IMG/VR virus record: IMGVR_UViG_3300014208_001444
Coordinates: 1-48,057 of that record
Reading direction: 5' to 3' (one strand)
DNA: 48,057 bases
Source: a virus
Taxonomy: Duplodnaviria > Caudoviricetes
Shown here: positions 1-9,379 of the stretch, in pieces
How the letters are laid out: every line of letters begins with the position of its first letter
Position numbering within the stretch: the stretch's first letter is position 1
Program-made: the position numbers and the translations under genes
Notes under the pieces: model-generated
What the model was told of the DNA's origin: nothing
Seen by the model: the letters and a program-made list of their open reading frames with translations, nothing else
The model's database searches: none

Positions 1-213
1 ATGAGCCTTTACCGGGATTTGATAATCGAGGCCACAGGCGCGAACAAGACGGACGCCGCATACATAGAAGACATCATAAGGAATGACATATTCCATTCAA
101 CGCTGGACTGGCAGTCGCGGGCGCAGCTCACGCGCGCCGCGAAGACGGCGGCGAAGCTGCTGGCCGAATACCGGGCCATGCCCGCGCTGGCCGCCTATTT
201 CCCCCGCGCTTAA
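1..213 (+). CDS. Hypothetical protein (70 aa)
   Basis: First ORF of a closely packed plus-strand small-gene run; no motif recognised. Confidence 0.6.
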   Translation: MSLYRDLIIEATGANKTDAAYIEDIIRNDIFHSTLDWQSRAQLTRAAKTAAKLLAEYRAMPALAAYFPRA

Positions 214-223
214 GGAGGATGCT

Positions 224-562
224 ATGCAGATAACGCTCAAACTGGAAGTAAACCTCGCGATGGGCAAGGCCAAGACGTTCGGCACGAGTCTCTCCGGGTA
301 TATGCCCGCAGGAACCTATTACAAGGACCTGGTGCGGGTATTTGGCGAGCCGCAGGCGGGTCGCTCCGGGGACGGTAAGATTCAGGTGGAATGGTATGGC
401 CACATAAACGGCCAGGTTTTCACCATCTACGATTACAAGACCTCCGTTATCCCCAGTGACAACCTGGACTGGCACATCGGCAGTCACGACAAGATGATCG
501 CCGCGCTCGTCATCGCCTATTTCGTAGCGGCAAGGAAAGCGCTTAAAGGAGGTTCCAGATGA
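224..562 (+). CDS. Conserved phage-type hypothetical protein (112 aa)
   Basis: AGGAGG RBS before ATG 224, preferred over the ORF-track start 83; GTSL.GY...L...FGEP...DGK..VEW...TIYDYK...WHIG pattern resembles small phage proteins (from recall). Confidence 0.7.
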   Translation: MQITLKLEVNLAMGKAKTFGTSLSGYMPAGTYYKDLVRVFGEPQAGRSGDGKIQVEWYGHINGQVFTIYDYKTSVIPSDNLDWHIGSHDKMIAALVIAYFVAARKALKGGSR

Positions 563-768
563 AGATAGAGAAGCTATGGGTGGTGGTCAAACCCGGCCCG
601 GAGAGCGTTCTCGCGGATATCTGCTTCGAAGCCGACGCCAAGGGGCTGGCCCGGCAGTTCCGGGGCGGACTCAGAGAGGACGAGATTCACGCGCTCTTCA
701 CGGGGCGCGCCGAGGCCGAAAGAGAGGCCCGGCGGCTATTGGCGGCGGTCGCCAAGGCCGGGCTATGA
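559..768 (+). CDS. Hypothetical protein (69 aa)
   Basis: AGGAGG RBS; ATGA overlap with the upstream stop. Confidence 0.7.
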   Translation: MKIEKLWVVVKPGPESVLADICFEADAKGLARQFRGGLREDEIHALFTGRAEAEREARRLLAAVAKAGL

Positions 769-938
769 GGTTGGAACGGCGGGGCCGACATTGGGCGGTA
801 TACGCGGACGACGGAGCCCTTATCTGCCTGGCGGTCTACAAGAAGGGCGCGCAGGAGGTCCTGCGGCGGCTGGAAAAGAAGCGAAGCCGGACGGTTCCGG
901 GCCGGAACGGCGGTGTAATCAAGGAGGCATGCGAATGA
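765..938 (+). CDS. Hypothetical protein (57 aa, MRLERRGRHWAVY...)
   Basis: ATGA overlap at 765-768; 3' part of ORF 576..938. Confidence 0.6.
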   Translation: MRLERRGRHWAVYADDGALICLAVYKKGAQEVLRRLEKKRSRTVPGRNGGVIKEACE

Positions 939-1165
939 ACATCCCCAAGGATGACGCGTTGGACGCCTTGCTGACAGACCTGGTCGCGGATCAGGTCCGC
1001 CGGGCCCTGCAACTGGGCTTCCGGCGCGACGAAGTCGAAGCGGCGGTCAGAGGCGGCGTCCACCACGGCGTTTACGAGTTCAACCAGAGCCGGGCGGACG
1101 CCCGGGAGACGACAAAGGTAATCGGGGCTATGCGCCCCAGGAGGCAAAGCCATGAACGCAAATGA
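935..1165 (+). CDS. Hypothetical protein (76 aa)
   Basis: AAGGAGG RBS; ATGA overlap at 935-938. Confidence 0.55.
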   Translation: MNIPKDDALDALLTDLVADQVRRALQLGFRRDEVEAAVRGGVHHGVYEFNQSRADARETTKVIGAMRPRRQSHERK

Positions 1166-1595
1166 AGCGAAGGTGGGCGGGATGTATCTCTCCAGGACGG
1201 GTATCCCGGTTACAGTGATGGGGCCGAAAAACGGAAAAATCCTCATCAAACTGAAGACTACCGGCACGTTCACAATGGTGAACGGCGACTACGACCTAAA
1301 GCCGTATGACGAAAAGGGAATCGGCAATACCTCTAAAGTGCTCCTAAAGGTCAACGGCAAGGCCAAGACGAAGCGCGCCGGGGCGTTGTCGGCCATAATA
1401 GACCCGTTCCTCTTGGCCGGAGGCAAAACGGTGGCCGAAATAGCCGTAGAACTGGCCAAGAAGGCCGGAGAAGCGGGCAAGGGCAAGGACCTGGCCGCCA
1501 ACGTCCGTGCCCGGATGGTCAGCTATACCCGCAAGGGCTGGCAGGTGGTAAAGGACGACAAGAAGCGGGTCAAAGTCGTTCAGAAGAAGGGCTGA
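1152..1595 (+). CDS. Basic hypothetical protein, possibly DNA-binding (147 aa)
   Basis: GGAGG RBS; Lys-rich; C-terminal KTVAEIA..L segment is HTH-like; stop overlaps the recombinase start. Confidence 0.7.
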   Translation: MNANEAKVGGMYLSRTGIPVTVMGPKNGKILIKLKTTGTFTMVNGDYDLKPYDEKGIGNTSKVLLKVNGKAKTKRAGALSAIIDPFLLAGGKTVAEIAVELAKKAGEAGKGKDLAANVRARMVSYTRKGWQVVKDDKKRVKVVQKKG

Positions 1596-2485
1596 TGGCG
1601 GCTATGGACGCCCTACTGGACGAGTTCATGCGGCATCTCCGGGTGGAGCGAGGCCTGTCCCGGAATACCTGCCTGTCCTACAGGTATCAGCTGGAGAGGT
1701 ACGCCGCGTTCCTGCGTTCCGGCGGTCGGGGGCTAGCCTCGGCCGCCAGAGGCGACGTTATGGCCTACTTGGAACGCCGCAAGGGTGACGGCCTCAAGTC
1801 CGCGTCGCTGTTCATCGCCGCGCTGGCTGTGCGGCAGTTCCATCGGTATTTGACGCAGGTTGGCTATGCCGGTGCCGATCCTACCGCAGGGATGCAGCTT
1901 CCCCGGTTCAAGCAGCGAATTCCACAACCGCTGGACGCTGAGGGCATTGAAAGGCTACTTCGCCCGCCAACAGCGGCCAAATTGACGGCTTTGCGGGACC
2001 ACGCCATGTTTGAGCTGATGTATGCCACAGGAATGCGCGTTTCTGAGCTGGTCGGCCTGAAATTGGGGCAAGTGGATTTGAAAGGCGGCTGGGTGCGGGT
2101 GATGGGTAAGGGCTCCAAGGAGAGGCTGGTGCCATTCGGCCGGCGCGCCGCAGACGCGTTGAGCCGCTACCTTACCGCCCGGTCGGCTAGGTTCCCGGCG
2201 GCGCCGGATTCGATATTTCTCAACACCAAGGGCTGCGGGGCTATAACGCGGGGTGGGTTCGCTTGGAAGCTCGCTGTTTCCGCGCGCCGGGCCGGATTGT
2301 CTGGGCGGTTCACCCCCCACCAGCTACGGCACAGCTGCGCGACGCATATGCTGGAGGGCGGAGCGGATCTGCGAGTTATTCAGGAGCTACTGGGGCATTG
2401 CTCGGTGACTACGACGCAGCGATATGCCCATGTCACCGCACAACTACTTCAGGATTCTTGCCGGAAATCTCATCCGAGGTTTTAA
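1595..2485 (+). CDS. XerC/XerD-like tyrosine recombinase
   Basis: N-terminal L.VERGLSRNT core-binding domain; catalytic R (GMRVSE), K (KGSKER), HQLRH, LGH and Y (TQRYAH). Confidence 0.93.
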   Translation: MAAMDALLDEFMRHLRVERGLSRNTCLSYRYQLERYAAFLRSGGRGLASAARGDVMAYLERRKGDGLKSASLFIAALAVRQFHRYLTQVGYAGADPTAGMQLPRFKQRIPQPLDAEGIERLLRPPTAAKLTALRDHAMFELMYATGMRVSELVGLKLGQVDLKGGWVRVMGKGSKERLVPFGRRAADALSRYLTARSARFPAAPDSIFLNTKGCGAITRGGFAWKLAVSARRAGLSGRFTPHQLRHSCATHMLEGGADLRVIQELLGHCSVTTTQRYAHVTAQLLQDSCRKSHPRF

Positions 2486-2498
2486 GCGGCTTCCAGCT

Positions 2499-2693
2499 CT
2501 ATTCCTTGGTTGGTGTGTTTCCGGTTGTGCTAGTCGGCTTTTGAGGAGCGGGTTCAGAATTCGTGGGTTTTTGCGGTGTCGGGGTTATATCAGGTCTTGG
2601 CGTAGTTGGGCCTGTATTTAGTCCACCTTTTCGCTCAATCCCCTCGGTAAAACGTTTGTGGTCAGCGGTCTCTTCTTTTTTTCTTTCGGTCAT
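2499..2693 (-). CDS. Small Pro/Thr-rich peptide (64 aa)
   Basis: ATGA overlap with the stop of 2690..3334; GGAAGG RBS; internal PxPQKPT repeat. Confidence 0.55.
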   Translation of the reverse strand: MTERKKEETADHKRFTEGIERKGGLNTGPTTPRPDITPTPQKPTNSEPAPQKPTSTTGNTPTKE

Positions 2694-3334
2694 TTTGGTT
2701 CCACCTTCCCTTTAATCTTCGGAATTTCGATGGTCAGGTCATCATTTTTTCGAGCAATATAGATTGAGTCCGCTTCATAAAGTAATTTTGTGCCGGAGTT
2801 GCTGTAAACTTTAACATCCATAATAACAAGCTCTCGCCCTTTTTCTGACTCAGAGTACGCCTTAATCCATCCGTAGTAGACTAAATTCTCTTTATGGTCC
2901 CTTATGAATACCCATTCTTCACTGGCAGGCAGATTTAAGAAGAAACTCCAAACATCTTCGTCGCCAAATCGTTTTGTGGCGCGTAAAAGTTGTCCCAATC
3001 TGTTTAGGCATCGTTTGTTGTATCCGAAGGCCGATATGAATCCCAAGGTTATACCTATCAAAGATGCCCTAGCGATTTCAGTCCAGGAGATTGGTTTGCT
3101 CGCGTCGAATAATGCCTGTAGAGGCATGGCTGGCGAGGTGAATTTTACGCGGTGCAATATTTCGACAGCAAGACCATATATGGCATAACTTCCGACGGCA
3201 AAAAGGACAATCTCGATAACGTCTTCCCAGTCCTTTCTTACGGGCTTGCCTTTTAATTTTTGATAAATTTGTTGGCCAAGTATTCCTGGGATGCCAATAA
3301 AAATTATCCGTATTAGAAAATCTGAGATTTCCAT
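2690..3334 (-). CDS. Membrane protein, DUF6338-like (about 3 TM helices plus soluble C-terminal beta domain)
   Basis: Hydrophobic N-terminal helices; GDEDVW..F...WV.IRD....YYGWI..YS pattern. Confidence 0.6.
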   Translation of the reverse strand: MEISDFLIRIIFIGIPGILGQQIYQKLKGKPVRKDWEDVIEIVLFAVGSYAIYGLAVEILHRVKFTSPAMPLQALFDASKPISWTEIARASLIGITLGFISAFGYNKRCLNRLGQLLRATKRFGDEDVWSFFLNLPASEEWVFIRDHKENLVYYGWIKAYSESEKGRELVIMDVKVYSNSGTKLLYEADSIYIARKNDDLTIEIPKIKGKVEPK

Positions 3335-3343
3335 TGGTTACTC

Positions 3344-5902
3344 TTATGCGCGGATGTCAGGTGTAATGGGCACCATGATCCTGGAACGGACTTCATTATA
3401 AATATTTATGTCTATTCCCTCTGCGACTTCCAAAGAAACGATTAAGCCATAACGAATAGGATCAATTATCCTTGAGGCATCTTGGCGACAATTAACCTTA
3501 ATTTTAATATATTCACCCTCAACGATTGGCACAGCTCGTGTGCCCGTGAAAATTTCATGTTGTATGGTTCCTCTTCGTGCGGAGCGCCAATCAATGTCAG
3601 TCCTGCCTGGCACAAGAGATTCATTTTCAAGTTCAAACCATAAACTTGCATTACGATATTTTTGCGTGCTTGGGGATATCGGAGATATCCACGCTAATGT
3701 CGCAGTTAGTTTTCGCATATCTGTGCGGGAACCTAAAACAGGAGGTAGAGGCAATTTGAAGATGTGAGCTTTTTCATTAGGCAATTCGCCATAACCTATT
3801 AACGAAGCGCGTTGAGCGGTGCATTCGATGGAGCGATTTATATCGGGAATCCCATAACCGATCCAGTTGGTGATAATTTGCTGCTGGTTGCCTTCTGTGC
3901 TTAAAATTCTCATTAGAAGCTGGGCAGTCGTTTGCCATGAGCAGCCATGAACCAACATGGCCTTAACAATGGGTGCTACAAATGGAGAGTTAATGTCGAT
4001 ATCGTTAGCATCAAAAATTTGGCGCAAAACCTCGTGGTATATTCCAGCACTCCGGCTTATCAAGGCTGTAGCATTACTTGTGCCGCACATGTATGAGGAA
4101 GAGGAGAGTTGCCCAGCACCGCTTCCGGGAGAAGCTACTTTGTGTCCGGGAGCTGCGGGGACCTGAGGTAGTTCTAGATAATTTGATGTGGGAACTAAGC
4201 CATCAAAAAACTGGCGCCCACCTGAGAATATCAAATCCGGTTTAATCGAACGGCGATAACCACTACCGAAAGCGGATATTGGGCTGGGTAAGACTGTGGA
4301 TGTTTGGTATGGATTAATGCGCGATGATGATGCGATTGAAGCGGTATCACTATGGCTTGCGCCAATGGTCAACGAATTAATGCTTTCGGCTGGGGATAGT
4401 AGTTTGCGATGGTGATTTGTTCGGCATACTGCTTTTACTACCGTGGCGTCACGCTCATCGCTGGGTAGAGTCTGGAAATTTTGCATTGTCATTCCCAGGT
4501 CAATGGACTGTCCATGATTGCCGGCGCTGACTATAAAAAGCACATTGTATTTCGCGCTCAGCCAGTCAATAAGTCTTCCTAATGGACTCATTGCCTGGAA
4601 AAAGTGACGATTAGAATCCCCTATAGAAAAATTAATAAATTTGACTGTTGGTGCAGTAGGGGCCTGAGTCCCTTCGCCATCAAAAATTCGTTTTACGGCT
4701 CGATGAATAATGTCTACCGCCAAAATCTCATCAGGCATTCGCTCTTGTCGTGGAGGCCTTGGGGCCCAAGACACAGGTTTCATAACTGGATGAACATAAA
4801 TTGGCGTAGATAGTGGCGGCGCGACGTCATTGAGATCTCCATGAATAATTAGAGATGCCATTGCTGTGCCATGTATTTGTTCGGAAGCTTGGTATCCCCC
4901 AGTGAAATTGTTGGGGTCGTCAACTTGGAGTCTGTTTGCTAAAAGCTGATGATTCGTTAATGGTACACCATCTAAAAGAGCAATGACCGGGTTTCCTGCG
5001 GGCAATGGCTTGCTTGGGAATGTGTCCGTTTCTGGATTGATTTGGAATGGGGTGTCCGCACATACTTGGCCACGAGGACGGAAGAACATAATATCGTCGT
5101 GTTTCACTAACGTTACGTTAGGGTTATCTATAATCGCTTGAATTTGATTGGCAGGTAGTTCTACAAGTAAAGCATGATAATTAATCTCTTCGATATCGCT
5201 TTGGGAAAGAATCCTCCCATTCAGAGTGGCGATTTGAGAAGCTAATTCCTGTTGGCAGGATTGCCTTATTGCTGATGTCTTCCGGTACCATAACTCAATT
5301 TCAAATTTAATAGGCTGTTGTCCAAATAGCTGTAAATCTTTTCTCCAGGCATCAATAACACCTGTTTCGTTTAATCTGTCTTGGACTCCCCAAATTCGTA
5401 TATCTTTCAGGTGCTTAAATACATCCCGAAACTTGGTTAATCCTCGTTGGAATTGTAAAGTTTGATCCTGTTGATACGCACGCCATAGTGAAAGCAGCTC
5501 TGTCAGAGCTCGCTGGTTGGCCATTACAAAATATAATCGTCCATCTAATTCCCGGCCATCTGCCTGCCTATTCGTTTCATGGAAATCTGTGTCGGGTGCT
5601 ACTTCTTCTATCAGTTCCCCCATCCACTCCAGGCCAACGATCTTTTTTACGGCATTGGCTAAATTATCTATGCTCCCAACAGTTTCTATAACCAGCACTT
5701 GCTCTGGGCTTATTCCACTTGTTGCGGATTGTATCTCAATTCCTCTGGCGTTAAATGAAGCTTCGAGTTGAGCAAACTTTGGCGATAAACGAGATGATTG
5801 TTGGTCATGTGATGGGATATGGAAGCGTGGTCGTCCGCCTCCAAGACTGGATCTGCTGGCAGTTTCTGGTGTTGGAAAAAGTAATAATGGACGCTCAGGC
5901 AT
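3344..5902 (-). CDS. S8 (subtilisin-like) serine peptidase, IetS-like
   Basis: Catalytic D (LLDG), H (HGTAMAS), oxyanion N (SAGN), S (GTSNA); overlaps the AAA gene. Confidence 0.9.
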   Translation of the reverse strand: MPERPLLLFPTPETASRSSLGGGRPRFHIPSHDQQSSRLSPKFAQLEASFNARGIEIQSATSGISPEQVLVIETVGSIDNLANAVKKIVGLEWMGELIEEVAPDTDFHETNRQADGRELDGRLYFVMANQRALTELLSLWRAYQQDQTLQFQRGLTKFRDVFKHLKDIRIWGVQDRLNETGVIDAWRKDLQLFGQQPIKFEIELWYRKTSAIRQSCQQELASQIATLNGRILSQSDIEEINYHALLVELPANQIQAIIDNPNVTLVKHDDIMFFRPRGQVCADTPFQINPETDTFPSKPLPAGNPVIALLDGVPLTNHQLLANRLQVDDPNNFTGGYQASEQIHGTAMASLIIHGDLNDVAPPLSTPIYVHPVMKPVSWAPRPPRQERMPDEILAVDIIHRAVKRIFDGEGTQAPTAPTVKFINFSIGDSNRHFFQAMSPLGRLIDWLSAKYNVLFIVSAGNHGQSIDLGMTMQNFQTLPSDERDATVVKAVCRTNHHRKLLSPAESINSLTIGASHSDTASIASSSRINPYQTSTVLPSPISAFGSGYRRSIKPDLIFSGGRQFFDGLVPTSNYLELPQVPAAPGHKVASPGSGAGQLSSSSYMCGTSNATALISRSAGIYHEVLRQIFDANDIDINSPFVAPIVKAMLVHGCSWQTTAQLLMRILSTEGNQQQIITNWIGYGIPDINRSIECTAQRASLIGYGELPNEKAHIFKLPLPPVLGSRTDMRKLTATLAWISPISPSTQKYRNASLWFELENESLVPGRTDIDWRSARRGTIQHEIFTGTRAVPIVEGEYIKIKVNCRQDASRIIDPIRYGLIVSLEVAEGIDINIYNEVRSRIMVPITPDIRA

Positions 5903-6905
5903 CAGTTCCTCTGTTATTTTTTCCTATAGACTTCTGTTTTGCCCATTGATGCAACAGGGATGAAACAATTTGTTCGATGTTGGGATTCGGTTGCTTAAGC
6001 ACATATTGGCGTACTACCGAAATCCCAAATTCTTCAGCTTCTGCAAAGCTCAGGCCTAAAAAACGCTTGGCTAACGTGGATGGTGTGAAGCAAAAATTAA
6101 TTTTATGTTTATTCGAAAAATTCGTGAACCAATCAGTCAGCTGTGAGCGTGTGGGTGTCGGAAGCATGATGCGAACCTGGAATCTTCTCCAAACGGCTCT
6201 ATCTAATAATTCAGGGTGGTTTGTCGCACATATTGTTACGGCATAGCTTGGAAGTGCGTCTATTTGTAACAATAAGGTGCTCACAACACGCTTTATTTCT
6301 CCAGTCTCATGTGTGTCTCCGCGTTCTTTTCCGAGAGTTTCAAACTCGTCAAAAAAAAGCACACATTTTCGTGTCGCAGCATATTCAAACAACCTTTTCA
6401 GCCGCACTGCCGTTTCGCCCAAATATGAACCCACAATACTTTCATATCGCACAACCAATAGTGGCACCATTAATGATTCCGCAATAGCCTCCGCTAAGGA
6501 AGTCTTCCCATTGCCAGGAGGACCGACTAGGAGTAATCTATTGCGTGGCTCTAGATTGTATGAGTGCAGCAAATCGACACGCTGGTGTTCTTGGGCAATT
6601 TCCTGACACAGTTTTATGGTGTCCTGTGAAAGAATTAACTCGGTTAACTTCTTCTTGGGAATAATCTCGTGAATTAACTGGCTAGAATTCTGCGCTATTA
6701 GAGATGTCCCGTTGCCGTTTGAAGGTGATATCCTTTCCGGAGCAGATGTTTGCATATTTAGAGTCTCCACTAACTTGTCTGCCAATATGGTGTGCTGCTT
6801 CTGCCGTTCTTCTGTCACAATGGCTTCAACAACCTTTCGCAGGAGTGTTTTGTCTCCATTAATTCCAGATTGAACTAATTTGATTAATAAATCTGCACGT
6901 GCCAT
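5895..6905 (-). CDS. AAA+ ATPase, IetA-like
   Basis: Walker A GPPGNGKT, Walker B FFDEFE, SRH ATNHPELLDRAVWRRF; paired with the S8 peptidase. Confidence 0.9.
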   Translation of the reverse strand: MARADLLIKLVQSGINGDKTLLRKVVEAIVTEERQKQHTILADKLVETLNMQTSAPERISPSNGNGTSLIAQNSSQLIHEIIPKKKLTELILSQDTIKLCQEIAQEHQRVDLLHSYNLEPRNRLLLVGPPGNGKTSLAEAIAESLMVPLLVVRYESIVGSYLGETAVRLKRLFEYAATRKCVLFFDEFETLGKERGDTHETGEIKRVVSTLLLQIDALPSYAVTICATNHPELLDRAVWRRFQVRIMLPTPTRSQLTDWFTNFSNKHKINFCFTPSTLAKRFLGLSFAEAEEFGISVVRQYVLKQPNPNIEQIVSSLLHQWAKQKSIGKNNRGTDA

Positions 6906-7039
6906 CTAACTTCCTCCTAAATTTATTTCACGCTGGCGGCTTTGGAGAGGCGGGCCTCAACAAGCCGTACAACGGCCTCATAAACGGCATCGCGTTCGCC
7001 TTTTGTGCGGTAAGAGATACTCATTTAGTAGTCCGAAAT

Positions 7040-9379
7040 TTATAAAGTCAAATCTTGCCATTCGCTCCAGTCGTTCTGTTCGCATTTGCCCCAGTCGTAT
7101 ATTGTCTTGGAGTTAATCTTCCACGCGCTATTGCGTTGGATTACAATACCGCCGAAGAGCTTTTTCCCCTTGGCATTGTGCTCTTTAATATATTCGTGAA
7201 GTTTTTCAGCCTTGGCCTTGGTGTAAGTCTTCCCATCGCGATCTCCATGATCCTTGGCTTCGAAAATACCGATTTTGCCGTCTACGAAATGCACAATGTA
7301 GTCGGGGTAAAACGTGTTAGGCACATTCGCTGGGTAAAAATACTTGATGCCAAAATAATCGTGCTTATTCTCTCCGTTTTTCCACCACCAGACAATCTTG
7401 TCCGCATTTTCCTCTAGAAACTTCTCAAACTCGCGTTCAGGGCCTGACCGATCGACATTGAGATAGCATGGCTCATATACATACTTCTTGGCTTTTACCT
7501 GCTCATCGGTGTGCTGGTTATAGAAATCCTCTGGCTGAATGTCGAAATCGTCAAACTGTTCGCTGGCCTCAATGCGTTTCTGGACTTCCTTATCGCGGAC
7601 TCCCTTGAATGCGTCAATTGCCTCAGCAAGAATGGGGGCGAATACTTTGCGATTGCCGTTATGTAGAAATATTTTCTGAATCATCGTCATTTCTTCTGCC
7701 CAGTCTTTTGTGCCGAGATACTTTCTAAACCAAATATAAATTGATGTTTTAACTTTTGGCAGCGACCGCTTCACATTGCGGAACGAGCCGAGGTTGTCTT
7801 TGATAACCTGCTCGAACAACGCCTGCAGGTCGTTCCCTGCAATATTAAGACGAGCTTTTTGAGAGGAATCTATTTTTCCTTTCAGGTCGTCGAAGGTGTT
7901 CCCTTCAATTTTGGCATCGCTGATAATCTCTTGCTGATATTGTTTGAGATTCACGTCAACGCCTTTTTCCCTTAAAGTCTCCAAGTTCTTATCAAAGAAA
8001 TTCTCGTTTTTCAGCCCGAGCTTTTTGCACGCAATCTCTTCAAAGACATCATCAAAACTTGACGTGATATCCCCGTAATCAGCTCGTGCTTTGTAGTAGG
8101 AAGTAAGTGTGATTTGTTTGTAACTAGATTTGCGTACAGCTTTAAGATGCTTGATGATGTTCGGATTGTATTCTTCTTTCTTTACGATGATGCTCTGAAC
8201 GTTCGTGAAAATGAATCCCTTATTTAAGTCCTCGTGGGGATAGTGCTTCAGCTCTGGCATACGCAGAATGCGTCCGACGGTCTGAATTTCAAAGGTCTCG
8301 CTGTGAGATTCCCTGAATTTCACAAGGATATGTGCCCGAGGGCAATCCCAACCAGTGTCAATCGCTTGTTTGAATATCAGGAACTCTATTTCGTTATCCC
8401 GCTCTGCCACCCAGTCAAGCGTTTCTGACTTCCATTCCGAAAGCCATATAGCCAGCTTCCCGTTGCCATGTCCGTCCTTCCGTTCGACGATCCCTTTCTT
8501 CTCCAAGAACTGCTTAACCGCCTTAATCTTCTCATCGCCAGCCTCAGCAGTGGGAATCTGAACCAGCACAAGTGGATTGATTGGTGACTCTTCTCCTTCA
8601 AACATTTTCTTGAGTGCCAAGCGCTTTTTGTACGCGGCTTCAAGAATTACTTCCTGGGAGTCCATTTCGTTTGCACTGATATCGATGATTTTGTCATTGA
8701 TGATCAGTTCCTTTTTAATGACTCCGGCATCAATGACATCCTTGGGCTCAATAAAAACGAACCCTGCCATTCCACGGGCGATATCCCTCGGATCTGGCCT
8801 AATCTTTGGCGTAGCGCTCATTTCAAGGACAACGTCAGCACAAATCTCCTCGCGCAGTTCGTTTGTCCGTTCAGCTGTTGCGCCGATATGGCTTTCATCT
8901 ATAATCAGAATAATCTTGCGCTGTTCCCTGGTCTTTGCCAGGACATCTCGAAAGTTAAGTTTTTCCCCGTCTTTCATTAAGATGTTCTTCCAATCCTTAG
9001 TTTCGCGATCCTTGCTCCTGAGCTTTTCCCAGTTGACGACCACGACCTCATTTTTTATGATTCGCTCCCGAGACCCATTGAATTCCTCCTCAACTAGCGA
9101 TACGCGAGGAGAGCCAGTAAATATTTTCTCAAGGCTGTGCTTGCTCTGCAGGTGAAGGTCTCCCTTACCAACAGAAACCCAAACAAAACACATGTCAACT
9201 TCTGGCAATTCTTTAATTAAATTCTCAATGAACTTGGCAGTCATAACGGTTTTACCGCTGCCTGTAGGGGCTTGAAATATACAAACTTTTTTCTGGCCAT
9301 CTTTGCCGAGTAGCCCCTTAATGGTATCAACCAATCGCTCTACGGCGATTTCTTGGTATCGTTTCAAATTAATATCCAT
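7040..9379 (-). CDS. res: Type III restriction enzyme Res subunit (SF2 helicase plus PD-(D/E)xK nuclease)
   Basis: QAPTGSGKT, DESH, GWDCPR, QTVGRILR, FYPDYI...FEAK; follows mod. Confidence 0.88.
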   Translation of the reverse strand: MDINLKRYQEIAVERLVDTIKGLLGKDGQKKVCIFQAPTGSGKTVMTAKFIENLIKELPEVDMCFVWVSVGKGDLHLQSKHSLEKIFTGSPRVSLVEEEFNGSRERIIKNEVVVVNWEKLRSKDRETKDWKNILMKDGEKLNFRDVLAKTREQRKIILIIDESHIGATAERTNELREEICADVVLEMSATPKIRPDPRDIARGMAGFVFIEPKDVIDAGVIKKELIINDKIIDISANEMDSQEVILEAAYKKRLALKKMFEGEESPINPLVLVQIPTAEAGDEKIKAVKQFLEKKGIVERKDGHGNGKLAIWLSEWKSETLDWVAERDNEIEFLIFKQAIDTGWDCPRAHILVKFRESHSETFEIQTVGRILRMPELKHYPHEDLNKGFIFTNVQSIIVKKEEYNPNIIKHLKAVRKSSYKQITLTSYYKARADYGDITSSFDDVFEEIACKKLGLKNENFFDKNLETLREKGVDVNLKQYQQEIISDAKIEGNTFDDLKGKIDSSQKARLNIAGNDLQALFEQVIKDNLGSFRNVKRSLPKVKTSIYIWFRKYLGTKDWAEEMTMIQKIFLHNGNRKVFAPILAEAIDAFKGVRDKEVQKRIEASEQFDDFDIQPEDFYNQHTDEQVKAKKYVYEPCYLNVDRSGPEREFEKFLEENADKIVWWWKNGENKHDYFGIKYFYPANVPNTFYPDYIVHFVDGKIGIFEAKDHGDRDGKTYTKAKAEKLHEYIKEHNAKGKKLFGGIVIQRNSAWKINSKTIYDWGKCEQNDWSEWQDLTL

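Noticed and set aside
2685-2717. GTCATTTTGG as a fourth sigma-motif copy
   Set aside because: Upstream half is imperfect and the CGTCTTTAT half is absent.
6920-7024. 33-codon minus-strand ORF between res and the AAA gene
   Set aside because: No RBS and no recognisable motif.
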